Shown here: in pieces, positions 39,085-49,238 of the stretch | Numbering within the stretch: the first letter of the stretch is position 1 | How the letters are laid out: each line of letters starts with the position of its first letter | Assembly (NCBI GenBank): GCA_947478395.1 | Contig: CANJVR010000005.1 | Coordinates: 64,001 to 128,000, forward strand | Length of the DNA: 64,000 nucleotides | Reading direction: 5' to 3' | DNA from: Opitutia bacterium | GTDB lineage: Bacteria > Verrucomicrobiota > Verrucomicrobiia > Opitutales > Opitutaceae | Made by a program: the position numbers and the translations under genes | Notes under the pieces: model-generated | Told to the model about the DNA's origin: nothing | The model's database searches: none | Seen by the model: the letters and a program-made list of their open reading frames with translations, nothing else

Positions 39085-39594
39085 TTGAATTCGCCGCAGC
39101 AGCTTCATCCTTATTGGCGCATGGAATACATCGAGGCGCCGCGTTATCCCGCCGCGCACCGGCGCCCGTTTAGCGAACTCCCCGCGCTCGGGGACGACCG
39201 CGCGGCTCTGATCGTGCACCGCTCCGCGCTCTCCTATCTCATTCTCAACCGGTTTCCCTACAATCCCGGGCATCTGCTCGTCGTTCCGTTTCGCGAGGTG
39301 TCAGACTTGATCGAGCTCACCCCGGTCGAGCGCGCCGATCTGATGGAGGAATTGGTCTTCGGCCAAAAGCTGCTGAACGCCACCCTCAAGCCCGACGGCA
39401 TCAACTGCGGCTTCAATCTCGGCTCCGCCGCCGGTGGCAGCATCGCCCACCTTCACGGGCACCTCGTTCCCCGCTGGAACGGTGATAACAACTTCATGCC
39501 CGTCCTCGCACATACCCGCATTCTGCCGCAGGCGCTCGACGCCACGTGGGAAAGACTTGCCGCGGCGGCGGCGGCGATGACGAATGTCGAATGA
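39085..39594 (+). CDS. HIT-family nucleotide hydrolase
   Basis: WRMEYI, LNRFPYNPGHLLVVP, HLHGHLVPRWNGD. Confidence 0.92.
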   Translation: MNSPQQLHPYWRMEYIEAPRYPAAHRRPFSELPALGDDRAALIVHRSALSYLILNRFPYNPGHLLVVPFREVSDLIELTPVERADLMEELVFGQKLLNATLKPDGINCGFNLGSAAGGSIAHLHGHLVPRWNGDNNFMPVLAHTRILPQALDATWERLAAAAAAMTNVE

Positions 39595-39722
39595 TGCCGG
39601 GCCCGCTCCAGGATCAAAGCGCGTGACTCCGGCTTCCCCATTCTTGCACCCGTCCTAATTGATCAAATCCGCCTACGCCTCGCCCCACATCATTCGACAT
39701 TAGGCATTCGTTATCCGTCCCT

Positions 39723-40727
39723 TTGCCCTCGAAAACCCTGCATTTTCCCAGCGCGCGGCATCTCAGCCAGCTCTACGTCAGCGATCAGCAAAATCTGCTC
39801 CTCGTCGAACGCCTGCTCGGAGTCCGACTGATCACCCGGGAAGACTGGTTGAAAATCGAACCCGTCAGCGATGCCGTTACATCGGCCGCCGACCCGGTCG
39901 AGCTCGCCGCCGATTTTTTCAACTTTCTCCACACGGCCCGCACGCAGGGGCTGGCCCTCCGCGCCCCTGATTTCGCACGTCTGCTCGAGCAATTTGCGCG
40001 CGGCGAAGGCGCCAGTCTGCGGGCGCTGTACGAATCACCCGTCGTGATCGCGACCAACCGTAAAACGATCATTCCAAAAACGCTCGGGCAAAAACTCTAC
40101 CTCCAGTCCATCCTCAAAAACCCCGTCGTCTTCGGCATCGGTCCTGCCGGCACGGGCAAGACTTACCTGGCCATGGCGGCCGCCGTTTCCGCGCTCCTTC
40201 AAAACCAGGTTCAGCGCATCATCCTGACCCGCCCCGCCGTCGAGGCGGGCGAGGCTCTCGGCTTCCTTCCCGGCGATCTGCGCGAGAAAATTTTGCCGTA
40301 TCTCCGCCCGTTGTATGACGCGTTGCAGGACATGCTTTCGGCCGAGGATATCTCGAAGCTCACGGAAAAAGGTGTGATCGAAATCGCACCGCTCGCCTAC
40401 ATGCGCGGACGCACACTCTCCAACGCCTTCATCGTCTTGGACGAGGCGCAGAACACCACGCCCGAGCAGATGATGATGTTCCTCACGCGGCTCGGCGAGG
40501 AGTCGCGCATGGTCGTGACCGGTGACATCACGCAGATCGACCTGCCGCGCTCGAAGCAGAGCGGTCTGCTCGAGGTCCGCCAAATCCTGCGCGACATTCC
40601 TGGGATCGATTTCCACACGTTCAGCGGCACCGACGTCGTCCGCCATCCCCTCGTGCTTAAAATTATCGAAGCCTACGAAGCCTATCGCTGCCCGATCGGC
40701 AGCGAGACCAGTGAAGAAAAGCGGTAA
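39723..40727 (+). CDS. phoH: PhoH-family ATPase (YbeZ-like)
   Basis: GPAGTGKT, RPAVEAGE.LGFLPG, AYMRGRT, LDEAQN, DVVRHPLV. Confidence 0.93.
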   Translation: MPSKTLHFPSARHLSQLYVSDQQNLLLVERLLGVRLITREDWLKIEPVSDAVTSAADPVELAADFFNFLHTARTQGLALRAPDFARLLEQFARGEGASLRALYESPVVIATNRKTIIPKTLGQKLYLQSILKNPVVFGIGPAGTGKTYLAMAAAVSALLQNQVQRIILTRPAVEAGEALGFLPGDLREKILPYLRPLYDALQDMLSAEDISKLTEKGVIEIAPLAYMRGRTLSNAFIVLDEAQNTTPEQMMMFLTRLGEESRMVVTGDITQIDLPRSKQSGLLEVRQILRDIPGIDFHTFSGTDVVRHPLVLKIIEAYEAYRCPIGSETSEEKR

Positions 40728-40951
40728 GTACCGATCGGAAAAATCCGCCGTCCGTTGGCCAGCGCGCTCGTAAGCCGGCCGTCATGGGGCGTCCGCTTGG
40801 GTTTACCCCCGCGCACTATTATAGAACGAGGCCCTGCCAAAGCCGGAATCGCGCTCCTTCAAAACGCAAGAGCACCCAAATCAGGCGTTTGCGTCTGGTT
40901 CTCAATTAACGCCTGACGTTCAGTCTTTCTTTCCCCACGTTCCCTCGAGTC

Positions 40952-43381
40952 ATGTCGGTCAAAAACCAGTGGAAGCTCCTCGTTGGTGGCTTGGGGGCCC
41001 GCCGCACCCCGGCTTCGCCCGCGCATTCCGCGGCCCGAGATTTCCTCGAGCACAGCCGACTCGTCGCCGTCCTCATCTTCATCGTCACCGTCGCCGCCAT
41101 CGTGCTCATCAGCTCGGCGGGTATGACGACGCTGCATCTGCCGGTACTCCCCGGCCAGACCGCCACGGTCCGGGTGACCGCCGCTGCGCCGTTCAACTAT
41201 ATATCCACGGAAAAAACCCGTGCCGCCCGCGAACAATTTCTCGATCGCGTGCCGCCCATCTACCGTCTCGACGTCGAGGGTTTGCACCAGTTTGAAATTG
41301 CGGCCCGCGATCTGTTAAGCCGCATCGCAGCTTACGAAGCCGCCCGTCCGCCAGGCGCACCGGCAATAAATTTCCCCGCGACCGGCAGTTCGCTCGGGAG
41401 CGTCCGCAGCGATCTGGTTCAGCTTGCCGACGCTTTTAATGCGCAAGGCGCGTATCGCATCAGTCCGGAGGATCTCGCGGCGTTGCTCACGGCCGGCGAC
41501 GCCAAGACCCGCGCCGGTCTGTTCGAAAACGGCCTGGCCGCACTCCGCGAGCTCTATGCCGAGGGCATTCACGATGCCACACTCGGCAAAACCTCCAACG
41601 GTGGGGTCACGGTTTTTCAAATCGAACGACCTAACGGCGAGCTCACAGCGCGGCCGGTGCAGTCCGTCGAAGACGCCCTCACCATCCTGCGGGTCAGTCT
41701 CGCCTCCGACGGCGTGCCCCGCGCCGCCGCGCAAGCGCTCTTTCGTTTTTTCCGCACGGGCTTAGCCCCCAACATTCTCTTCGACCGGGCTGCCACGCAA
41801 CGGCGCGAAGCCGAGGCGGTCCGCGCACTTCAGCCGATCACGGTCTCCGTCATCCGCGGGCAAACGATCATCGAGGCCGGCGAGCGAGTCACGCCCGAGC
41901 AATACGAGATGTTCAATGAGCACCGTCGCTACCTGCTGGAACACGGGGACGCCGAACTGCACGAAGGCCTCGCGCTTTTCGGCCGCGTGCTGCTCGTCCT
42001 CGCGATGGTCCTAGCCTCGCTGATCTACATTCGGCTGGAAGATCCGGAGACCCTGCGCAGCAACGTGCGCTGCGGCCTCCTCGCGTTGGTTGTAATTATC
42101 AACCTCGCACTCGTCCGCGTCGTTTACTCGCTCGGTGGCGCGGAATTTTTCGTACGCGACGGTTCCTGGGCCTCGACCCTGCCTTACGTCGCGCCCACGG
42201 CGCTCGCGCCCCTGATCGTCGCTATCCTGATCGACGCCGGGTCCGCGATTTTCATGGCGCTGCTGATTTCGATTTTCACGGGTGTTATCTACGGCAACCG
42301 ACTCGATCTCCTCGTCCTCACGTTTCTCTCCTCGCTGGTCGCCATCTTTTTCTGCCGCGATGCGAGTCGGCGCGGGCGCGTTGTCCGCGCCGCCGCAGGC
42401 GGCGGTCTCACGGTCGCCGCTTTCGCCGCCCTGATCGCAATCGCGGAACAGACGCCCCTCGATACCCTCGCGCGCCAGATGTCCGCGGGCGTCATCACCG
42501 GCGTCGCCACCGGGATCGCCGTCGTCGGCCTGTTGCCCGTGCTCGAATCATTGTTTAAGCGCACGACCGACATCACCCTGCTCGAGCTGACCGACTACAA
42601 TCACCCGTTGCTCCGCCGCATGCAGCTCGAGGCGCCCGGCACTTATCACCACTCACTCGTCATCGCCCAGCTGGCCGAAAACGCCTGCAGCGCCATCGGC
42701 GCAAATCCGCTCCTCGCCCGCGTGTGCGCCCTTTTCCATGACATCGGCAAGACCGCGCATCCGTCGTTTTTCACCGAAAACCAGCGCGATCGCGTCAATC
42801 CGCACGACGAACTCACGCCCACCGCATCCGCGCAAATCATCAAGCGCCACGTCACGGACGGACTCGAACTGGCCGCGCGTCACCGTCTGCCGCGCGCCGT
42901 GCTCGACGTGATCCGCCAGCATCACGGCACCACGCTGGTCCGTTATTTTTATGCGCAAGCGCTGAGCCAATCGCAGGTGCCCTTCCCTCCGCTCACGCCG
43001 GTCCAGGGCCCACCGACCGTCACGCCCACCGCATCCCGGCCGGTGACGGTCGCCGATGCCCCATTTCGCTACGACGGTCCCACGCCGCAGTTCAAAGAAA
43101 GTGCGGTCATCTCGCTGGCCGACGGGATCGAAGCGGCCACGCGCTCCCTCCGCTCCACCACCAGCGCGCAACTCACGCAGCTGATCGAGCGCATCGTGCA
43201 GGAACGCATCAGCGAGGGCCAACTGGATCACGCCCCCCTGACTTTCGAGGATATCGCCAAGATAAAAAATAGCTTCCAATTCACCTTGCTGAATATGCTG
43301 CACGCCCGTGTCGCCTATCCCTCCGGCGTTGGCGGCGGGCCGGCGATTGAGTCCGCCGACAAAAAATTCGATGTCCGTTAA
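40952..43381 (+). CDS. 7TM-HD (HDIG) phosphohydrolase, PgpH-like
   Basis: Extracellular domain, about 7 TM helices, EAPGTYHHS, HDIGK, QHHGT, FRYDGPTP, LADGIEAA. Confidence 0.9.
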   Translation: MSVKNQWKLLVGGLGARRTPASPAHSAARDFLEHSRLVAVLIFIVTVAAIVLISSAGMTTLHLPVLPGQTATVRVTAAAPFNYISTEKTRAAREQFLDRVPPIYRLDVEGLHQFEIAARDLLSRIAAYEAARPPGAPAINFPATGSSLGSVRSDLVQLADAFNAQGAYRISPEDLAALLTAGDAKTRAGLFENGLAALRELYAEGIHDATLGKTSNGGVTVFQIERPNGELTARPVQSVEDALTILRVSLASDGVPRAAAQALFRFFRTGLAPNILFDRAATQRREAEAVRALQPITVSVIRGQTIIEAGERVTPEQYEMFNEHRRYLLEHGDAELHEGLALFGRVLLVLAMVLASLIYIRLEDPETLRSNVRCGLLALVVIINLALVRVVYSLGGAEFFVRDGSWASTLPYVAPTALAPLIVAILIDAGSAIFMALLISIFTGVIYGNRLDLLVLTFLSSLVAIFFCRDASRRGRVVRAAAGGGLTVAAFAALIAIAEQTPLDTLARQMSAGVITGVATGIAVVGLLPVLESLFKRTTDITLLELTDYNHPLLRRMQLEAPGTYHHSLVIAQLAENACSAIGANPLLARVCALFHDIGKTAHPSFFTENQRDRVNPHDELTPTASAQIIKRHVTDGLELAARHRLPRAVLDVIRQHHGTTLVRYFYAQALSQSQVPFPPLTPVQGPPTVTPTASRPVTVADAPFRYDGPTPQFKESAVISLADGIEAATRSLRSTTSAQLTQLIERIVQERISEGQLDHAPLTFEDIAKIKNSFQFTLLNMLHARVAYPSGVGGGPAIESADKKFDVR

Positions 43382-43985
43382 ACCCCGCGCGTCCAATCAT
43401 CGGCCGCGTAAGGCCGCCGTAATCGGCGCCGGCTTGTCCCGGCGTCCCAAAGAGCGCGCGCGACCTGTCGCCATCGCTAATCATCACCCGCGCTTGCGGA
43501 TGGACCGTCGCGCCCTGCTCGCCGCCATCGCGACGCTCGATACGGATTTCAATTCGTCCGCCGGCCCCGCCTCGAGACCTGGACCGCGAAACCCGAACCG
43601 GGTACGCCCCACCGCGCCGCCGGCCGGCGAGCTTTCAATCGTTTTCCTGACCGACCAGGCCCTCGCTCAACTCCACGCTCAATTCCTCGCCGATCCCTCG
43701 ACCACCGACGTGATCACCTTCGAGGGCGATCCAACCCTCGGCGTCGCAGGCGAAATCTGCGTCTCCGTCGACACCGCGGTCGCCTACGCCAAGACGAACC
43801 GGCATGATTTCTCGCGTGAACTTCTGCTCTACGTCGTGCACGGCTGGTTGCATCTTGCCGGCTACGACGATCTCCAGCCCGCGCTCAAACGCGTGATGCG
43901 CCGGGCCGAAAAACGCGCCCTCGCCCTGCTGGCGAAAACCAATCTGCCGGAAATTTTTTCGCTCAAAGACCCGGCCGCGCGCTAG
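43371..43985 (+). CDS. ybeY: rRNA maturation endoribonuclease YbeY (start uncertain)
   Basis: TDVITF, GEICVS, HGWLHLAGYDD. Confidence 0.88.
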   Translation: MSVKPRASNHRPRKAAVIGAGLSRRPKERARPVAIANHHPRLRMDRRALLAAIATLDTDFNSSAGPASRPGPRNPNRVRPTAPPAGELSIVFLTDQALAQLHAQFLADPSTTDVITFEGDPTLGVAGEICVSVDTAVAYAKTNRHDFSRELLLYVVHGWLHLAGYDDLQPALKRVMRRAEKRALALLAKTNLPEIFSLKDPAAR

Positions 43986-44144
43986 GTCCGAAGTTGGGGC
44001 GAATTAAAGCTAACGCACCCCACTACTTTTCAAACGTCATCTTCGGCTCGCGCTTTTTATGCCCAGACTTCGCGCGCTGGATTGCGCCGCGTTATTTGAC
44101 TTTTTCCGTGCATCGCCGCCCCGCCGGCGGCTAACTCTCGCGCG

Positions 44145-44795
44145 ATGTCCGAACTTCCCGTACGAGAGTCCCGCCTCATCACTTTCCGCAACGCCTTCAT
44201 CTCGGGCGCGCTGCTGCTCGCGCCGTTGATCGTCACGGTCTGGGCATTCACCCAGATTATTGCCCTGGTCGGCGGAACCGTGCGTCCGCTGTTTTTCGAC
44301 CGCCTGCCCGCGGCGTTGCGCGACCTGCCCTTCCTCCTGGACGTAGTAAGCACGGTCATCGTCATCCTCTTCGTCACGCTGCTCGGCTACATCTCGCGGT
44401 ACGTCTTCGGCAAATACTTCGTCAGCATTGGCGAGCGCTTCATGCTCAGCATTCCGGGGATCAGCGCGGTGTACAACACCGTCAAACAAATCGTCGATAC
44501 GTTTGGCACCCAGAATCGGAATCTTTTCAACCAAGTCGTCCTCGTCCAATTTCCGCGGCCGGGCGTGTGGACCATCGGTTTCCTCACCAACAAAATCCAA
44601 GGCGAGGCGCAGACCAAAGCCACCGGCGAAACGTGGACGGTCTTCGTGCCCACCACACCTAATCCCACCAGCGGATTCCTGCTGCTGCTTCCACGCGGGG
44701 AGATCGTCGAACTCGACATGACGGTCGGTGAAGGCATGAAAATGATCATTTCCGGTGGTGCCGTCGTGCCGCCGTGGCCCGCGGTCAGAAGTTAG
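44145..44795 (+). CDS. DUF502 membrane protein
   Basis: IPGISAVYNTVKQI, VFVPTTPNPTSGF, MIISGG. Confidence 0.92.
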   Translation: MSELPVRESRLITFRNAFISGALLLAPLIVTVWAFTQIIALVGGTVRPLFFDRLPAALRDLPFLLDVVSTVIVILFVTLLGYISRYVFGKYFVSIGERFMLSIPGISAVYNTVKQIVDTFGTQNRNLFNQVVLVQFPRPGVWTIGFLTNKIQGEAQTKATGETWTVFVPTTPNPTSGFLLLLPRGEIVELDMTVGEGMKMIISGGAVVPPWPAVRS

Positions 44796-44918
44796 AGCGA
44801 GTAGCCAGAGGCCCGATCTGGTCCCCGTCGCAACCATTCCCCGCTCGTCCATTTCTGATATTTGGAAGAAACCGCTCCGGCCTCCGGCCGCTTTCCCGAG
44901 CTCTTTCCCGCGATCCCG

Positions 44919-45545
44919 ATGCCCGGTCAAACGCTGCTTACCGACGCTTTCGTCCTATCGAAACGTCCGCCGGCGGATTCGTTTCAAACTTTCACCTTGT
45001 TCGCGGAGAATCACGGCCTGCTGCTCGCGCTCCAGCGGATTCCCAAAAAAACCGCGGCGAACCACCTGACGCTCGATCTGTTCGATGAAGTCTCCGTTGC
45101 GCTTGAAACATCGAACCAGGGTTCCTCGTGGTTCATCAAGGAAGCGCGCCTCCTGAGCCGTCCGGCGAATATCGGGCGCAGTTACGAAACGTTGCAGCTC
45201 GCTTCCGCCTTCGCGGCGCTGATCGTGCGCAATCCCGTGCACGAGGATAGCCGCGGGCCCGTCGCAGGCTTGCTGCGCACGGCGTTCACGGCGTTCGCAG
45301 CGTCTCCGCGCCCCGACATCGTCTATTTCAAAAGCCTCTATTGCTTCGCCCGCGATGAAGGCTATCCGGTGAAACAGCAGTGGCTCGCCACGCTTCCGGC
45401 CGATCTTCAGGCGGAAGCCGATCGTCTGCTCCGCACCCCCCTCGCCGCTTTGGCAGCGCCCGAGATGAAAAACGCAAAAGCCGAAGCCCTGGCTCACCGC
45501 CTCGAAGCGTACCTGCGCAGCCACACCGAAATCCTAATCGGCTAA
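44919..45545 (+). CDS. RecO-like DNA repair protein
   Basis: N-terminal OB-like pattern (AFVL...FTLFAENHG...LDLFDE) then helical domain with EGYP; position after ybeY. No zinc-finger cysteines. Confidence 0.55.
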   Translation: MPGQTLLTDAFVLSKRPPADSFQTFTLFAENHGLLLALQRIPKKTAANHLTLDLFDEVSVALETSNQGSSWFIKEARLLSRPANIGRSYETLQLASAFAALIVRNPVHEDSRGPVAGLLRTAFTAFAASPRPDIVYFKSLYCFARDEGYPVKQQWLATLPADLQAEADRLLRTPLAALAAPEMKNAKAEALAHRLEAYLRSHTEILIG

Positions 45546-45618
45546 AACCTCGCGCCCGCCTTGCGTCGGCCCGGCATCCCGTTCTTCCTCTTCCCACGCC
45601 TGCGGTTTTTTCTTCCTC

Positions 45619-46359
45619 GTGCCCACCGCCTCAAACTCCGCCCCTCCCGGCACATTCCGTCGTCTCGGCGCCGCCGGGCCTGTGGCGATCGTGCTCTCGT
45701 TCTGGCCTCCCGTCGGTGGACTGCTTTTGCTCACCACCCTGACCACGCTGGGGCCTTGGCTGCGCGACCACGCGGCGCTCGGGCTCGCGATTTATTTTAT
45801 TTTTGCGGGCGTGCTCGTGGGCTTTTCATTTCTACCCACGTTTTCGTGCGCCATCCTCGCCGGCTGGGCTTTCGGTTTCACCGTGGGCTGGTCGATTGCG
45901 ATGATCACGCTCACCGCGGCCTCGCTGCTCGCCTACGCGCTCGGGCGCTGGATCGCCGGCGACCGGGTGATGGCAGTAATCAAAGATAAACCAGCGTGGC
46001 AGGCCATTCACAGCGCGCTGCTCGGAAGCGAGTCGGGGCGCACGCTCTGGGTCGTGACGCTGCTGCGCATTCCGCCGGCCTCGCCGTTCGCCATCGCCAA
46101 CTTCGCGCTCGCGGCGGCGCGCGTGTCGCTCTGGGACTACACCCTCGGCACGTTTATCGGTATCGCACCACGCACCGCGGCCGCGGCATTCGCCGCCGCG
46201 AGCCTCGAACAACTGCGCTTCAAAGATGTTTCTGAACGTTGGATGGTGATCGCAGGCATTGTCGCGACGGTGATCGTTTGCGTGGTGCTCGGCATCCTTT
46301 CCAATCGGGCCCTCCGACAAATGAGCGCCGGAAACGGGTCGGCCGGAAAAACAGTTTAA
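45619..46359 (+). CDS. VTT/TVP38 (DedA superfamily) membrane protein
   Basis: LAGWAFG, LLRIPPASPFAIANF, YTLGTFIG. Confidence 0.85.
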   Translation: MPTASNSAPPGTFRRLGAAGPVAIVLSFWPPVGGLLLLTTLTTLGPWLRDHAALGLAIYFIFAGVLVGFSFLPTFSCAILAGWAFGFTVGWSIAMITLTAASLLAYALGRWIAGDRVMAVIKDKPAWQAIHSALLGSESGRTLWVVTLLRIPPASPFAIANFALAAARVSLWDYTLGTFIGIAPRTAAAAFAAASLEQLRFKDVSERWMVIAGIVATVIVCVVLGILSNRALRQMSAGNGSAGKTV

Positions 46360-46402
46360 GGTCAGCACCCATCGAGCCAGTTCGCTCGCGCGCGCGCTAG
46401 CC

Positions 46403-46540
46403 CAACGCAGATTGATTTTTCCGCGGTCGTTTTCTGGAGCGCAAGCGAGTCTGCCTGCCGGGTACGGCGCCCGCGTTTTGGCCGGCAGGAACGCCTGCCG
46501 CTACTTCGTTTGCCGGGACACATTAGGTTATACCGCTCTG
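46403..46540. mobile_element. MITE-like repeat, copy 4 (degenerate, reverse)
   Basis: GGCAGGAACGCCTGCCGCTAC arm; ends GGTTATACCGCTCTG. Confidence 0.55.
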
Positions 46541-46625
46541 AGGTGATTAAATCGGAGGACGTTTCCGCGCCGTCGCACGATTTCGGTTTTCCTTTCGTTG
46601 ATTCCGCGTGTTCCGTGAGCGCTTC

Positions 46626-49238
46626 ATGGAATTTTCCCTCGATGCCCGCACGGCCAGTTTGAGCGTCGGGGAGTTTTCCGGCTTCACGCTTGGCCCGCAC
46701 GATACGGGCGACAGCGGCATGCAGGGAGTCTGGCGCGCGCAACTGGGCACTTACTGGCACCAGCAACTTCGCGCGCAGGCCACCGCCGAATTCGCCGCGG
46801 CGGCGGCGTTCGAAGTCGCGATCAACGGCGCGGTTTTCCATCGGGGCTGGACCATCGCGCTGACCGGTCGCATCGACCAAATTCTGCGCACCGCACCTTC
46901 TGCCGAGTGTAAAGTGGTACGTGACACTCAGCCGGAGCCGGAAGTCGTCACACTGCGAGAAATCAAGACCGTGACGCGGCCCCTGCCAGCTGATGAAACT
47001 GAACTGCGTCGCGACTATCCGTCGTATTTTGCGCAGCTCGCCACCTATGCGGTACTGTATCGACTGACCCCGCCCGCCGAGAAAAACAATCTAACCCGGG
47101 CTGAAACGGCCGCGCTAAACCAGCCGCGCCTGAAGACGGAATTGATCTTCGTCGAAGTTGGATCCGGTCTGGCGCAAACCCTCGCACTCACCCCCGCCGA
47201 TGACGCCATTTTTCGCGTCCAGCTCGAGCGCGTCGCCGAATTTCTCGAGCTGCGATTGCGGGCGCGCGAACGGCTGCGTCACTTGCGCTTCAACCCGGCC
47301 TTCGCCGCGCCCCGACCCGGTCAGGAGAGCACCACGACGGAACTCACCGCCGCATTCGAGCGCCATCCCTCAGTTCTTTTTGAGGCTCCAACGGGTTTCG
47401 GCAAAACCGGCGTCCTGCTCGAGTTCGCGCTGAATCAACTGAGCTCGGGACATTTCGATCGCGCACTCTATCTTACGAGCAAGGCGACGGGACAGCTCCA
47501 AGTCGTTCGCACGCTCGGCAACATGACGGCCAGGACCTCCGGCGCCGTTGAGAGTGGAAAGTTAAAAGTTGCTGAACCGGTCCCTGCAAATCGCCCGAGT
47601 CCGGCCAACTCAAAACTAGAAACCGAAAACTCGAAACCGACGGCGACTTCCGTGGCCATCTGGCACGTGCGCAACAAAGCCGAGCACTGCGTCAATACCG
47701 TGTTCAATTGTCACCGCGACGCTTGCGGCTATCTCGCCGATCTCGAAGCGCGCTGGCCCGCGAGTGGTCTCGCGCGGTTTTATCTGCTCGAAAACGAAGC
47801 CCGCGATTTGCCTTCGCTGCGGGCCGCGGGCCGGGCTACGCGGATTTGTCCTTACGAAATCACCCGCGCGGCCCTCGCGTTCAACGACGTTTGGATCGGC
47901 GACTACAACTACGCCTTCGCTCCGGCCAATCGCACGCTCTTCTACAACCAACCGGGCTTCGAGCCCGCGCGCACGCTCCTCCTCGTCGACGAAGCGCACA
48001 ATCTGCCCGCCCGCGTGGCCGACGCCCACTCGCACACGGCCCGGGCCGCGGACGCCCACGCGCTGCTGGCGGAACTCGATCATCTCCGCGCCCCGACGTC
48101 TTTGCTGAAACCCTGGGAAAGCTGGACCCGCCTGCTCGCTGCGCTGCCCGCCTCCGATGCCCTCGATCCCGCCTTGGAAGCGGATGTGGCCGATACGCTC
48201 GCGCAACTTAACGCCGCGCTTTCCACCACGCCGCTCGATACATCGTCGCTGCCGCCCGCGCTGGCCGCGCTGCTCTGGCAAATGCCGGCGCTCAACGATT
48301 TGATGGCCAATCCACTGCTCAAAAAATTGCTGTGGTGCCCACGCGCCGCCGAGCTCGCCTTCACCTGTCTCGATGCCGCCGACGCGATCGGCGAAACGTT
48401 GCGCACTTACGGTGGCGTCGTGCTCGCGAGCGCCACGCTTAGTCCCACCACCGAGTTCACAGAATCAATCGGACTCGCTGCATCCGAACCCGAAATTCGG
48501 AACTCAAAACTCGAAACCACGGCGACCCCGACCCCGGCCGCGGCCGGGCCGGTGCTGGTCCGCGCCGCGACGCCGTGGCGCGAGGGCGTATACGACATCG
48601 CTTACGATTTGCGCGTCGACACGCGTTTCGCGCAACGCGCGCGCCACCACGCCACCACCGCTACGACCATCGCCGCGCTGCACGCGAGTGCCCGTCGCGT
48701 GCAGGCTGCGACATCGTGCGTCGCGGTTTTTTTCCCAAGCTACGCGTACGCCGAGATTATCGCGCGCGAGTTAGACCGCTCTCATCCGGGAGTACGCGCG
48801 GCGCTTCAGCCGCGGCTAAGCGACTTGGCGGCCCAGACCGCGTGGGTCGAGGAATCGCTCGCGTTGACGGATGCGCTGTTTCTCGTGCTCGGCTCAAGTT
48901 TTGCCGAGAGCATCGACCTGCTCGGCGGCCGGGTGACGCATGCGATGGTTGTCGGCCCCGCACTCCCAGAGGTCAACGCCGTGCAACGCGCGCGCCTCGC
49001 CGAATTTTCGGCCCTCGGACGCGAAGCGGCTTTTCGTCGCGTCTACCAGATTCCCGGAATGAACAAAGTGAACCAAGCCCTCGGCCGCCTCGTGCGCGCT
49101 CCGGGCCAGCGGGCGCGCGTCGTGCTGCATTGCTCGCGCTTCGGCGAACTCAGCTACGCCGAGCTGCTCGCCCACGATTATCAGTTTGGCCAGAACGTCA
49201 CCACCGACGCTGAACTGGCGGCGTGGCTGGAGAGGTAG
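46626..49238 (+). CDS. XPD/Rad3/DinG-family Fe-S helicase with N-terminal PD-(D/E)XK-like domain
   Basis: GRIDQ...EIKT...QLATY; EAPTGFGKT; four Cys (HC...C...C...CPYE); DEAHNL; SATL; FFPSY; QALGRLVR. Confidence 0.88.
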   Translation: MEFSLDARTASLSVGEFSGFTLGPHDTGDSGMQGVWRAQLGTYWHQQLRAQATAEFAAAAAFEVAINGAVFHRGWTIALTGRIDQILRTAPSAECKVVRDTQPEPEVVTLREIKTVTRPLPADETELRRDYPSYFAQLATYAVLYRLTPPAEKNNLTRAETAALNQPRLKTELIFVEVGSGLAQTLALTPADDAIFRVQLERVAEFLELRLRARERLRHLRFNPAFAAPRPGQESTTTELTAAFERHPSVLFEAPTGFGKTGVLLEFALNQLSSGHFDRALYLTSKATGQLQVVRTLGNMTARTSGAVESGKLKVAEPVPANRPSPANSKLETENSKPTATSVAIWHVRNKAEHCVNTVFNCHRDACGYLADLEARWPASGLARFYLLENEARDLPSLRAAGRATRICPYEITRAALAFNDVWIGDYNYAFAPANRTLFYNQPGFEPARTLLLVDEAHNLPARVADAHSHTARAADAHALLAELDHLRAPTSLLKPWESWTRLLAALPASDALDPALEADVADTLAQLNAALSTTPLDTSSLPPALAALLWQMPALNDLMANPLLKKLLWCPRAAELAFTCLDAADAIGETLRTYGGVVLASATLSPTTEFTESIGLAASEPEIRNSKLETTATPTPAAAGPVLVRAATPWREGVYDIAYDLRVDTRFAQRARHHATTATTIAALHASARRVQAATSCVAVFFPSYAYAEIIARELDRSHPGVRAALQPRLSDLAAQTAWVEESLALTDALFLVLGSSFAESIDLLGGRVTHAMVVGPALPEVNAVQRARLAEFSALGREAAFRRVYQIPGMNKVNQALGRLVRAPGQRARVVLHCSRFGELSYAELLAHDYQFGQNVTTDAELAAWLER

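Noticed and set aside
39600..39722. Pho box upstream of phoH
   Set aside because: No 11-bp-spaced half-sites seen; this looks like the YbeZ-type paralogue linked to ybeY.
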